The notes under the pieces were generated by a model. The model did not search any database, had not been told where the DNA came from, and saw only the letters and a program-made list of their open reading frames with translations. Made by a program: the position numbers and the translations under genes. DNA of 32,000 nt from Pasteurella multocida (GTDB taxonomy: Bacteria; Pseudomonadota; Gammaproteobacteria; Enterobacterales; Pasteurellaceae), in contig NZ_LT906458.1 of NCBI RefSeq assembly GCF_900187275.1, forward strand, positions 390,001-422,000. Direction: 5' to 3'. Of the stretch, positions 19,755 through 27,855 are shown one piece after another (the first letter of the stretch is position 1; each line of letters starts with the position of its first letter).

Positions 19755-19880
19755 AAGGAACTCGATGTGTTTTACTTTTGTGAGTGTTTAACTTATTGAT
19801 TTATATTTAATTATAAATAGAAAGTAAATTTTCTTAAAAAGAACTATTGAGTTCCTTTAAAAATAATTGTATAGTTCTTT
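19755..19880. promoter_or_regulatory. Candidate operator array in the divergent repressor/ner control region
   Basis: Four exact 8-mers of the motif AARGAACT are present: AAGGAACT (19755-62) and AAAGAACT (19838-45) on plus, and their exact complements AGTTCCTT (19850-57) and AGTTCTTT (19873-80). The central pair forms the palindrome GAACT-ATTG-AGTTC (19841-54). Confidence 0.5.
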
Positions 19881-19939
19881 TTAGTTACTCACATACCTAA
19901 TGAAAAATGTATTAATCTAAGTAGTAAGGATATCATATT

Positions 19940-20149
19940 ATGAAAAAGAGTAAAAAGAATATGCACCGCGCATATATTATTGCTGCCATTAAGGAAAAAG
20001 GTAGCTCACTCGCACAACTTTCTGTTCAAGCGGGACTACACCCCAGAACATTGAATAATGCATTAGATAGGAAGTATCCGAAAGGCGAAAAAATTATCGC
20101 TGATTTTATCGGAGTACCTGTTCAGGAGATATGGCCAGAACGTTATTAG
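19940..20149 (+). CDS. ner: Ner/Nlp-family small DNA-binding protein (the Cro-like partner in Mu-type immunity regions)
   Basis: 69 aa. The pattern IIAAIKEKGSSLAQLSVQAGLHPRTLNNALDRKYPKGEKIIADFIGVPVQEIWPERY is the typical Ner/Nlp(SfsB) pattern (...L...L..AL.R.WPKGE.IIA..L......IWPSRY). SD AAGGA lies upstream. Confidence 0.85.
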   Translation: MKKSKKNMHRAYIIAAIKEKGSSLAQLSVQAGLHPRTLNNALDRKYPKGEKIIADFIGVPVQEIWPERY

Positions 20150-20578
20150 GTTTTTGTAATAAAACATGATGAATCTTTCTTTATTCAAAATTGGATAAAA
20201 AAGAAATCACTTCATCAGAAAAGTATTGGCGCTCGCAAAGGGCATTTAAACGACATATCACATTTATTTTTTATGTAAAAACATGGATAAGGATGTTTGC
20301 GTTTAACGCATGAAAAAATAAAAGAATGTATGTTTTAGGTTGATTTGTATTTAATGGATTAACCTGACACAACATTAGCTCATGCCAATAGTCAACGCAT
20401 TTCATCCTTTTAATTGATTTGCTAAACGCAATTTGATTTCCCCATTCTTTTTACATGACATCCTGTTTTGGACGAAAGTAAGTGCAAGAAGACTATCATA
20501 CTCACTTGTTTTGTTAACCCTCATGCATTTATTCGTTACAGGCACGGAAGACACGATGAGCAAGGATGCCTCTCAGTT

Positions 20579-20604
20579 AAGGGCAAAGCGATGGCTTTGC
20601 CCTT
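20579..20604. terminator. Strong hairpin 23 nt beyond the stop of the convergent hydrolase gene; direction ambiguous
   Basis: Perfect 11-bp stem AAGGGCAAAGC/GCTTTGCCCTT with loop GATG. The plus-strand side is followed by GTTTGTTG. The minus-strand side has no U-tract. Confidence 0.45.
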
Positions 20605-20626
20605 GTTTGTTGCCTCGGGTTGAATG

Positions 20627-21664
20627 TTAGCGTGTTGCCCATTCTGCTAATGGTAAAGGGGCATCATCTGACCAAATCCGTTGCCAGAAGGTGAGCAGAA
20701 CTTTCTTATTTAGATGACTTTTGATCGTTGGATAAGCCTTCGGCAGTACGGCTTGCCATTCGCCTTGATGTTTTTCTGCCACAATAAAACGGAAATTAAA
20801 CTGTCCAGCTAAGCCCATTCGGGTATCGCTAGCCACTAATTGATTGCCAATTTGTTCATAATGTACCCAATCGGAAGTAAACCATTCAAAACGTTGTAGT
20901 TGTGGTGAGGTGGCAATGACATTCTGTTTCAGTGTTTGGTTTAATGGAATTCTGATAAATTCAGGTGCATTTTTATCTAGCCAACCACTGACCGCATCGT
21001 ATAAGTTGCCTTGCTTATCCTTCGCAATCACACGCCACAAAATAATATTAAAAGGCGTTGGGGTCGCTAACACGCCATCAACCTCAATCCCTTGCTGTGT
21101 TAAAACACTTTCGAACCGATGTTCATGATAAGCGCGACTCATAAAGCCGACTGCAAAATAGACGCAACCAAACAATAAAGCAGTAAAAAGATAACGTATT
21201 GCACGAGGATCTAGCTTTCGCCAATATGCCCAAAGGCATGTAAAAATCAGCGGTAACGTATAAATCGGATCGATCACAAAAACCGTGGACCACACCACGG
21301 GTGGAGAAGGAATAGGCCAAAAGAGTTGGGTGCCGTAAACTGTCATCGCATCAATCAGAGGATGGGTAATTAATGCTAGCGTCAGAGTAATAAATAACCT
21401 TCGAAATGAAAAAGGTAAGTTCGTATGACGTTTAAAGGTCAGCCATGTGATAAAAAACGCCAATGCTGTGAGGACAAAAAGAGAATGACTAAACCCGCGG
21501 TGGTAAGTCATGGAGGAAATGGGATCGGCATAGCGGATAAAAACATCCAGATCGGGCAAGGTGCCGAGTAGTCCACCATAAAGCAAGGCTTTTCTTCCTT
21601 GATATTTTCCCATGCCAACCCCTTGCACGGCGGCACCAAGTACAAATTGCGTAACTGAATCCAT
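20627..21664 (-). CDS. Membrane-bound metal-dependent hydrolase, YdjM/DUF457 family, with an extra C-terminal soluble domain
   Basis: The N-terminus MDSVTQFVLGAAV...GGLLGTLPDLD...HRGFSHSL...ITHPLIDAMTVYGTQLFWP is the characteristic DUF457 His/Asp pattern across 4-5 TM helices. About 170 further residues follow that I cannot place in a family. Confidence 0.7.
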   Translation of the reverse strand: MDSVTQFVLGAAVQGVGMGKYQGRKALLYGGLLGTLPDLDVFIRYADPISSMTYHRGFSHSLFVLTALAFFITWLTFKRHTNLPFSFRRLFITLTLALITHPLIDAMTVYGTQLFWPIPSPPVVWSTVFVIDPIYTLPLIFTCLWAYWRKLDPRAIRYLFTALLFGCVYFAVGFMSRAYHEHRFESVLTQQGIEVDGVLATPTPFNIILWRVIAKDKQGNLYDAVSGWLDKNAPEFIRIPLNQTLKQNVIATSPQLQRFEWFTSDWVHYEQIGNQLVASDTRMGLAGQFNFRFIVAEKHQGEWQAVLPKAYPTIKSHLNKKVLLTFWQRIWSDDAPLPLAEWATR

Positions 21665-21747
21665 AATGCGTTTGCCTTTTCATTCTTCGAAAATAGCCTG
21701 TATTTTGGGCAGAAATGTTGTCAAGGTCAATGAAATTTACTTTGCAT

Positions 21748-21775
21748 AAAAAACGGCACTTGAAATCAAGTGCCG
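21748..21775 (-). terminator. metE Rho-independent terminator
   Basis: Stem CGGCACTTG/CAAGTGCCG. On the minus strand it is followed by a T6 run (A-run 21748-21753 on plus). Confidence 0.8.
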
Positions 21776-21820
21776 TTGTGTTGTGGTTTGCTATTGTTAT
21801 AAGAGAAATGAGTGTGAGAA

Positions 21821-24094
21821 TTAGTTTAATTCTGCACGGAGTTTTTTGGTGACTTCCATCATCACTTCTAATTGAGCGATAGTTTCCGGCCAGCCACGGG
21901 TTTTTAAACCACAGTCTGGGTTCACCCATAAACGCTCTTTTGGTACTACATTTAATGCTTTACGTAATAAGCGTTCAATTTCTTCTGCTTTTGGCACACG
22001 TGGACTGTGAATATCATACACGCCCGGACCAATATCGTTTGGATATTTGAAATCACCGAAGGCGGTTAATAATTCCATATCTGAACGTGAGGTTTCAATG
22101 GTAATCACATCCGCATCTAAGCCCGCAATCGCAGGTAAGATGTCGTTAAACTCAGAGTAACACATGTGTGTGTGAATTTGCGTATCATCTTGTACACCCA
22201 TGTAGCTTAAACGGAAGGCTTCGCCTGCCCATTGTAAGTACGCATCCCAGTCTGCACGTTTCAGTGGTAAACCTTCACGGATCGCCGGTTCGTCAATTTG
22301 AATCACTTTGATGCCGGCTTTTTCTAAATCTAACACTTCATCGGACAGTGCCACACCGATTTGTTTACATACCGTTGAACGTGGAATGTCGTTACGTACA
22401 AATGACCATTGTAGAATCGTAACCGGTCCTGTCAGCATGCCTTTCATCACTTTGTTGGTGAGGCTTTGTGCATATTGTGACCAACGTACTGTCATTGGTT
22501 CTGGGCGTACGACATCACCGTAAATCACTGGTGGCTTCACGCAACGTGAACCGTAGCTTTGTACCCAACCGAATTTTGTGAAAGCGAAACCGTCGAGTAA
22601 CTCACCGAAGTATTCCACCATGTCGTTACGCTCTGCTTCACCGTGCACTAACACATCTAAATCCAGTTCTTCTTGGCGACGTACCACAAATTCGATTTCT
22701 TTCTTCATTGCCGCTTCATAATCTGCCACGCTAAGTTCGCCTTTCTTGAATTTCGCACGGGCTTGGCGAATTTCAACGGTTTGTGGGAAGGAACCGATAT
22801 TCGTGGTTGGTAATAACGGTAAATTTAACCACGCATTTTGTTTTGCAATACGTTCTGCAAAAGGCGATTTACGTTTGTCCGCATCCGTCGGCAAGTTTGC
22901 TAAACGTTCTGCCACTTCTGGACGATGAATTTCTTTGCTGTTTGCACGGGCGTCAGCAGCTGCTTGGCTTGCATCAAGTTCAGCTTGTACTGCGCCACGA
23001 CCTTGCTCAAGTGCGGTCTTAATGACACGCAATTCTTGCACTTTTTGTAAGGTAAAAGCTAACCAGCTGTATAGCTCCGGTTTATTCGCTTTTAATTGCG
23101 TTTCCACTTCTAAATCATACGGGGTGTGAAGCAGTGAACAACTTGGCGCAATCCATAGATTTTCACCGAATTTTGCTTTCAATGGTTCAACTACATCGAG
23201 TACTTGGTTTAAGTTGGCACGCCAAATGTTACGACCGTCAATGACACCAACAGAAAGCACTTTGTTGTAATCTTCAAAGGCAGCAAGCTGTGCAGGTGCA
23301 CGCACTAAATCAATGTGTAAACCATCGACTGGTAAATCTTTAAGCAGTGGCGCGTGTTCTGCAACAGAACCGAAATAAGTCGCTAGTAAGAGTTTTGCTT
23401 TTACTTTTTCTTTCAGTGTCGTATAAACAGCCTTGTAAGCTTCAATCCATTCTGTTGGTAGATCCACTGCTAAAGCCGGTTCATCAATTTGGATCCACTC
23501 TGCGCCTTCTGCCACTAAGGCATTGAGGATTTCTACATACACAGGTACGAGTTTTGCCAGTAATTCAAAGCGATTAAAGGCCTCGCCTTTTTCTTTACCT
23601 AACCAAAGGAACGTTAATGGTCCCACAAGAGTTGGTTTGAAATGTAAACCTAACGCTTTCGCTTCACGGATTTGTTGTACGTAATGTGCTGGGTTAGCTT
23701 TAAATTCGGTATTTTTAGTGAATTCTGGTACTAAATAGTGGTAGTTTGTATCAAACCATTTGGTCATTTCAATGGCAAATTGGGTTTGGTTACCGCGTGC
23801 AAGTTGGAAATATTCGCTTAAACTTAAGTTTTGGCTATCAAAACCGAAACGGGCTGGAATAGCGCCTGTTGCTACTTGCAGATCCAAAATATGATCGTAG
23901 AATGTGAAATCGGCGACTGCCACGAAGTCCGCATTGGCTGCTGCTTGGTGTTTCCAGTTAATTTCACGTAATTTTTGTGCAATCTCTAACAGATCCTGTT
24001 CGGCAATTTCGCCACGCCAATAACGCTCTTGGGCAAATTTTAGTTCACGTTTTGCACCCACACGCGGAAAGCCTGCTACATGAAATGTTGTCAT
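21821..24094 (-). CDS. metE: Cobalamin-independent methionine synthase
   Basis: 757 aa. [26 protein letters not shown]..., [16 protein letters not shown], and the C-terminal Zn-site region IQIDEPA.REGLP...THMCYS are collinear with E. coli MetE. Confidence 0.95.
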   Translation of the reverse strand: MTTFHVAGFPRVGAKRELKFAQERYWRGEIAEQDLLEIAQKLREINWKHQAAANADFVAVADFTFYDHILDLQVATGAIPARFGFDSQNLSLSEYFQLARGNQTQFAIEMTKWFDTNYHYLVPEFTKNTEFKANPAHYVQQIREAKALGLHFKPTLVGPLTFLWLGKEKGEAFNRFELLAKLVPVYVEILNALVAEGAEWIQIDEPALAVDLPTEWIEAYKAVYTTLKEKVKAKLLLATYFGSVAEHAPLLKDLPVDGLHIDLVRAPAQLAAFEDYNKVLSVGVIDGRNIWRANLNQVLDVVEPLKAKFGENLWIAPSCSLLHTPYDLEVETQLKANKPELYSWLAFTLQKVQELRVIKTALEQGRGAVQAELDASQAAADARANSKEIHRPEVAERLANLPTDADKRKSPFAERIAKQNAWLNLPLLPTTNIGSFPQTVEIRQARAKFKKGELSVADYEAAMKKEIEFVVRRQEELDLDVLVHGEAERNDMVEYFGELLDGFAFTKFGWVQSYGSRCVKPPVIYGDVVRPEPMTVRWSQYAQSLTNKVMKGMLTGPVTILQWSFVRNDIPRSTVCKQIGVALSDEVLDLEKAGIKVIQIDEPAIREGLPLKRADWDAYLQWAGEAFRLSYMGVQDDTQIHTHMCYSEFNDILPAIAGLDADVITIETSRSDMELLTAFGDFKYPNDIGPGVYDIHSPRVPKAEEIERLLRKALNVVPKERLWVNPDCGLKTRGWPETIAQLEVMMEVTKKLRAELN

Positions 24095-24134
24095 AGTTAT
24101 ACCTCACTCAAATTGATGTTGTTATTCTCTGAAT

Positions 24135-24150
24135 AGACGGCTAAACGTCT
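24135..24150. promoter_or_regulatory. Tandem MetJ met-boxes in the metE/metR divergent control region
   Basis: AGACGGCT (6/8) and AAACGTCT (7/8) lie in direct tandem and match the 8-bp met-box consensus AGACGTCT. They sit about 40 nt upstream of the metE ATG. Confidence 0.55.
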
Positions 24151-24392
24151 GTATGGATATAGAATGAAGGATTTTAGACCATTATGCAATATCATAATTT
24201 TCACAATAAACATGAAAATTTTTAATACACATAAAGACAGGTCAAGAGAGAAGAGCACATTGGGCTAACGCCTTGTTGTCGTTAGAAATTTTGATAAAAC
24301 TGAGCGCACTTTTATTTGCTTTTAGTGATCCAATAGCGATTTTGGTATATGATAACGTTCAATTCTTTCCCTTATTTCGATGAATCTTTTTA

Positions 24393-25319
24393 ATGAAACC
24401 TATTTTTTTAGAACTCCGTCATTTAAAAACGTTACTGGCGTTAAAAGAAACTGGCAGCGTGTCTTTAGCGGCAAAACGTGTGTATTTAACTCAGTCTGCG
24501 CTGTCACACCAGTTGAAATTACTGGAAGAACAATATGGGCTTCCTTTATTTGAACGCAAAACACAACCGTTACATTTTACTCCTGCGGGGGAAAGGTTGA
24601 TTCAGCTTGCTAATGAAATTTTGCCGAAAGTAGTAGAAGCGGAGCGCGATCTGGCTCGGGTGAAACAAGGGGAGGCAGGGGAGCTACGCATTGCGGTGGA
24701 ATGTCATACTTGCTTCGACTGGCTGATGCCAGCGATGGATTCCTTACGTCAAAATTGGCCTTTAGTGGAATTAGATATTGTCTCGGGCTTTCATACTGAT
24801 CCAGTGGGCTTATTATTAACGCACCGTGCCGATTGGGCGGTGGTATCTGAGATTGAAGAAACCGCAGGTATTATCCATAAGCCCTTGTTTTCTTATGAAA
24901 TGGTGGGATTGTGCGCCAAAGATCACCCTTTAGCAACGAAAGAGATTTGGGAACCTGAAGATTTTATTGATCAAACCTTGATTACTTACCCTGTCCCTGA
25001 TGATATGTTGGATTTATTACGCAAAGTATTACACCCGAATGGGATTAATCCTCTGCGCCGTACCAGTGAATTAACCATTGCGATTATTCAGCTGGTGGCA
25101 AGCAAACGTGGGATTGCAGCGTTGCCATTTTGGGCAGCCAAACCCTATTTAGATCGTGGCTATTTGGTGGCGCGTAAAATTACCAAACAAGGCTTATACA
25201 GTAATTTATATGCGGCAATTCGTGAAATTGATGCCAATGTAGCGTTTGTCGATGATTTTTATGAAACCGTAAAATCGCAAAGCTTCTCTACATTACCAGA
25301 TTTATTAATGCTGGAATGA
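24393..25319 (+). CDS. metR: LysR-family activator MetR
   Basis: The HTH region LRHLKTLLALKETGSVSLAAKRVYLTQSALSHQLKLLEEQYGLPLFERKTQPLHFTPAGE parallels E. coli MetR. The gene is divergent from metE, which is the conserved arrangement. Confidence 0.9.
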   Translation: MKPIFLELRHLKTLLALKETGSVSLAAKRVYLTQSALSHQLKLLEEQYGLPLFERKTQPLHFTPAGERLIQLANEILPKVVEAERDLARVKQGEAGELRIAVECHTCFDWLMPAMDSLRQNWPLVELDIVSGFHTDPVGLLLTHRADWAVVSEIEETAGIIHKPLFSYEMVGLCAKDHPLATKEIWEPEDFIDQTLITYPVPDDMLDLLRKVLHPNGINPLRRTSELTIAIIQLVASKRGIAALPFWAAKPYLDRGYLVARKITKQGLYSNLYAAIREIDANVAFVDDFYETVKSQSFSTLPDLLMLE

Positions 25320-25484
25320 TTTCCTGTTTACTCTTGCCAAGTCGCCAAAAGATGAATCTGTTATGTTATTTTGCGAGATAAGATTGTTGCTTTACTGTGC
25401 AATAAAAAAGCAAAATAGGTACCTTACGTCAGTCATGTGATGAGAGAATTTGATTAGTTAAAAAAAATAAATTGCTGGTATTTC

Positions 25485-25500
25485 TTGCAAACGTTTGCCT
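25485..25500. promoter_or_regulatory. PurR-type (LacI-family) operator, TTGCAAACGTTTGCCT
   Basis: The perfect 12-bp palindrome GCAAACGTTTGC (25487-25498) equals the core of the PurR consensus ANGCAAACGTTTNCNT, and 15 of 16 positions match. It lies about 85 nt upstream of the ORF at 25582 and next to a TTGACC hexamer (25507-25512). Confidence 0.55.
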
Positions 25501-25581
25501 GTTTTTTGACCTCTTTTAGTTCATTAAAAAATATTTTATGATGCATTTTCCTGTTAAATAGACGATGTTTAAAGAGGTTAT

Positions 25582-25824
25582 ATGGAAGTTAATGCAGTTG
25601 AATTATTGGGCTATCTTGCTACATTTTTTGTCGCCATTTCATTTCTATTTAAATCCATTATTCATTTGAGAATAGTCAATAGTATTGGCGCATTTTTATT
25701 TGCTATTTATGGGCTGATTATTGTGTCTTACCCGGTAGCGCTACTCAACAGTTTTTTGTTGTGTGTAAATATCTATCAACTATGGCGCTTGAAAAAAGAA
25801 GGAGCAAACCTTCGTTCTTTATAA
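25582..25824 (+). CDS. Small 3-TM inner membrane protein of unknown function
   Basis: 80 aa with three clear hydrophobic helices and a basic C-terminus (WRLKKEGANLRSL). SD AAAGAGG lies 5 nt upstream. The gene is followed by a USS-containing terminator. I cannot assign a family with confidence, though the size and topology recall SemiSWEET or a YgjV half-unit. Confidence 0.65.
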   Translation: MEVNAVELLGYLATFFVAISFLFKSIIHLRIVNSIGAFLFAIYGLIIVSYPVALLNSFLLCVNIYQLWRLKKEGANLRSL

Positions 25825-25830
25825 AAAAAT

Positions 25831-25862
25831 AAACCGCACTTCAATGTGCGGTTTGTTTTTTT
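25831..25862. terminator. Bidirectional terminator between the small membrane gene (+) and ettA (-)
   Basis: Stem AAACCGCAC/GTGCGGTTT (USS-derived) with loop TTCAAT. The T-run GTTTTTTTT lies on plus and an A-run upstream serves the minus strand. Confidence 0.8.
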
Positions 25863-25863
25863 G

Positions 25864-27534
25864 TTATTTCGCAATACGTTTGTATTTCATACGGTGTGGT
25901 TGGGTGGCTTCTGCGCCAAAGGTTTTCTTCTTCCATTCCTCATAGTCAGAGAAGTTACCTTCGTAGAAGGTGACTTTCCCTTCATCACCGTAATCTAAAA
26001 TATGTGTGGCGATACGGTCTAAGAACCAACGGTCGTGCGAGATGACCATCGCGCAGCCCGGGAATTCTAAGATCGCATTTTCTAACGCACGTAATGTTTC
26101 TACGTCAAGATCGTTAGTTGGTTCGTCTAATAACAACACGTTACCGCCGGCTTGTAACAGTTTAGCAAGGTGTAAACGACCGCGTTCACCCCCAGACAAT
26201 TCGCCCACACGTTTTTGTTGATCGACACCTTTAAAGTTAAAGCGTCCCACATAAGCACGGCTTGGAATTTCAAAATTACCAATACGTAAAATATCTTGTC
26301 CGTTAGAGACTTCTTCCCACACGGTTTTTTTATCGTCCATCGCATCACGGAACTGATCTACCGAAGCCAATACCACGGTTTCCCCTAAGGTAATCGTGCC
26401 TGAGTCTGGTTGTTCTTGACCGGATAGCATACGGAATAAAGTGGATTTACCCGCACCGTTTGGACCGATAATCCCCACGATTGCCCCCTTTGGAATGCTA
26501 AAGGAAAGATTGTCAATTAAGGTGCGATCGCCGTAAGTTTTAGTGAGGTTTTGTACCTCGATCACTTTATCCCCTAAACGTGGACCCGGTGGAATAAAGA
26601 GTTCGTTCGTTTCGTTACGTTTTTGATATTCACCATTGTTTAATTCTTCAAAACGTGCCATACGCGCTTTACTTTTCGCTTGGCGACCTTTTGGATTTTG
26701 GCGTACCCATTCTAATTCTTTTTCAATGGATTTTTGACGAGCAGACTCTGCCGCTTGTTCTTGGGCTAAACGTTTTTCTTTTTGTTCTAACCAAGAAGAG
26801 TAGTTACCTTCCCAAGGAATCCCTTCACCACGGTCAAGTTCTAAGATCCAGCCTGCCACGTTATCTAAGAAGTAACGGTCGTGAGTAATTGCCACTACGG
26901 TGCCTTCATAGTCATGTAAGAAACGTTCTAACCACGCCACTGATTCTGCATCTAAGTGGTTGGTTGGCTCGTCTAATAACAACATATCCGGTTTTTCGAG
27001 TAATAAACGGCACAGTGCCACACGGCGACGTTCACCCCCTGATAAATGCTCAATTTTGGCATCCCATTCTGGTAAGCGTAAGGCATCTGCCGCACGTTCG
27101 AGTTGGTTATCGAGATTATGACCGTCATGTGCTTGGATAATCGCTTCTAATTCAGCTTGTTCTGCAGCTAGTTTGTCGAAATCCGCATCAGGATCGGCAT
27201 AAAGGGCATATACTTCATCTAAACGCGTGAGCGCATTTTTCACCTCGCCAACAGCTTCTTCAATGGCTTCTCGCACGGTTTGTTGTGGATCGAGTTTAGG
27301 TTCTTGTGGTAAATAACCGATTTTGATCCCCGGTTGTGGACGCGCTTCCCCTTCGATTTCTTTATCGATGCCTGCCATAATGCGTAATAAAGTGGATTTA
27401 CCCGCACCATTCAGACCTAGTACGCCGATTTTTGCACCCGGGAAAAAGCTCAAGGAAATATCTTTTAGAATATGACGCTTTGGTGGTACGATTTTGCCCA
27501 CGCGATGCATCGTATAAACAAATTGTGATGACAT
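25864..27534 (-). CDS. ettA: Energy-dependent translational throttle protein EttA (ABC-F ATPase, YjjK)
   Basis: 556 aa, nearly collinear with E. coli EttA as I remember it (QFVYTMHRVGK.VPPKRHILK.ISLSFFPGAKIGVLGLNGAGKSTLLRIMAGIDK...KYKRIAK). It has two ABC cassettes with LSGGE signatures. Confidence 0.95.
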   Translation of the reverse strand: MSSQFVYTMHRVGKIVPPKRHILKDISLSFFPGAKIGVLGLNGAGKSTLLRIMAGIDKEIEGEARPQPGIKIGYLPQEPKLDPQQTVREAIEEAVGEVKNALTRLDEVYALYADPDADFDKLAAEQAELEAIIQAHDGHNLDNQLERAADALRLPEWDAKIEHLSGGERRRVALCRLLLEKPDMLLLDEPTNHLDAESVAWLERFLHDYEGTVVAITHDRYFLDNVAGWILELDRGEGIPWEGNYSSWLEQKEKRLAQEQAAESARQKSIEKELEWVRQNPKGRQAKSKARMARFEELNNGEYQKRNETNELFIPPGPRLGDKVIEVQNLTKTYGDRTLIDNLSFSIPKGAIVGIIGPNGAGKSTLFRMLSGQEQPDSGTITLGETVVLASVDQFRDAMDDKKTVWEEVSNGQDILRIGNFEIPSRAYVGRFNFKGVDQQKRVGELSGGERGRLHLAKLLQAGGNVLLLDEPTNDLDVETLRALENAILEFPGCAMVISHDRWFLDRIATHILDYGDEGKVTFYEGNFSDYEEWKKKTFGAEATQPHRMKYKRIAK

Positions 27535-27610
27535 AATTTCTCTCGTTATGCGATAAATAAAAAAGTGCGGTTATTTTACTTGAAATTTGGTAGATTAGCT
27601 AACTAACAAG

Positions 27611-27638
27611 TAAAAAAATACGCCGAGTGAGTTTGACG
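27611..27638 (-). terminator. Candidate weak intrinsic terminator on the minus strand, upstream of ettA
   Basis: The minus strand reads ACGTC-aaactcactc-GGCGT followed by ATTTTTTT (A7 at 27611-27617 on plus). The stem is only 5 bp, so this is tentative. Confidence 0.35.
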
Positions 27639-27770
27639 TAAAGTGGCGGCTCTTAGGACGACGGTCAGCTAACAAGTCGTGATTGGCTAAATATTCTCGC
27701 ACGGTCGTCGCCACTAAACAGCCACCAAAGCAAAAAAAAAAGAAGCGGAAATGGCATAACCTATTGAAAA

Positions 27771-27798
27771 AAACAAAAAAAACCCTCCGAAGTGGAGG
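27771..27798 (-). terminator. Intrinsic terminator on the minus strand with no annotated gene upstream of it
   Basis: The minus strand reads CCCTCC-ACTTC-GGAGGG followed by TTTTTTTTGTTTTTTT. The hairpin is at 27782-27798 and the A8 run at 27774-27781 on plus. Confidence 0.65.
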
Positions 27799-27826
27799 GT
27801 AGGAAAGTAGTTTAGCTATTTATGAT

Positions 27827-27855
27827 TATTTTATTTAGGAACTTTATGAATATCA
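27827..27855 (-). promoter_or_regulatory. Near-consensus sigma70 promoter on the minus strand, firing toward the 27798 terminator
   Basis: On the minus strand: TTGATA (rc of 27850-27855), an exactly 17-nt spacer, then TAAAAT (rc of 27827-27832). Confidence 0.45.

Noticed and set aside
20433-20630. 65-aa plus-strand ORF downstream of ner.
   Set aside because: It has a non-ATG start and I see no SD for it. It runs through the 20579-20604 hairpin and into the stop region of the convergent gene, and its composition does not look protein-like. I kept the region only as part of the non-coding-region finding.
21703-21718. A LexA-like CTGTATTTTGGGCAGA upstream of the YdjM-family gene (E. coli ydjM is SOS-regulated, as I recall).
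   Set aside because: The right half-site is out of register (GCAG at N7, CAGA at N8), so it is not a credible LexA box.
21489-21929. 146-aa minus-strand ORF bridging the hydrolase gene start, the intergenic region and the metE 3' end.
   Set aside because: It overlaps two supported genes out of frame and crosses the metE terminator, so it is implausible as a real gene.
27664-27756. A 30-aa hydrophobic minus-strand ORF (MPFPLLFFLLWWLF...), considered as a type I toxin or small membrane protein.
   Set aside because: I see only a weak SD. It starts 15 nt after a strong terminator, with no room for a promoter of its own. Its hydrophobic run is largely a translation of a T10 homopolymer, and it coincides with the long RNA hairpin. 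I mention it only inside the sRNA/leader finding.
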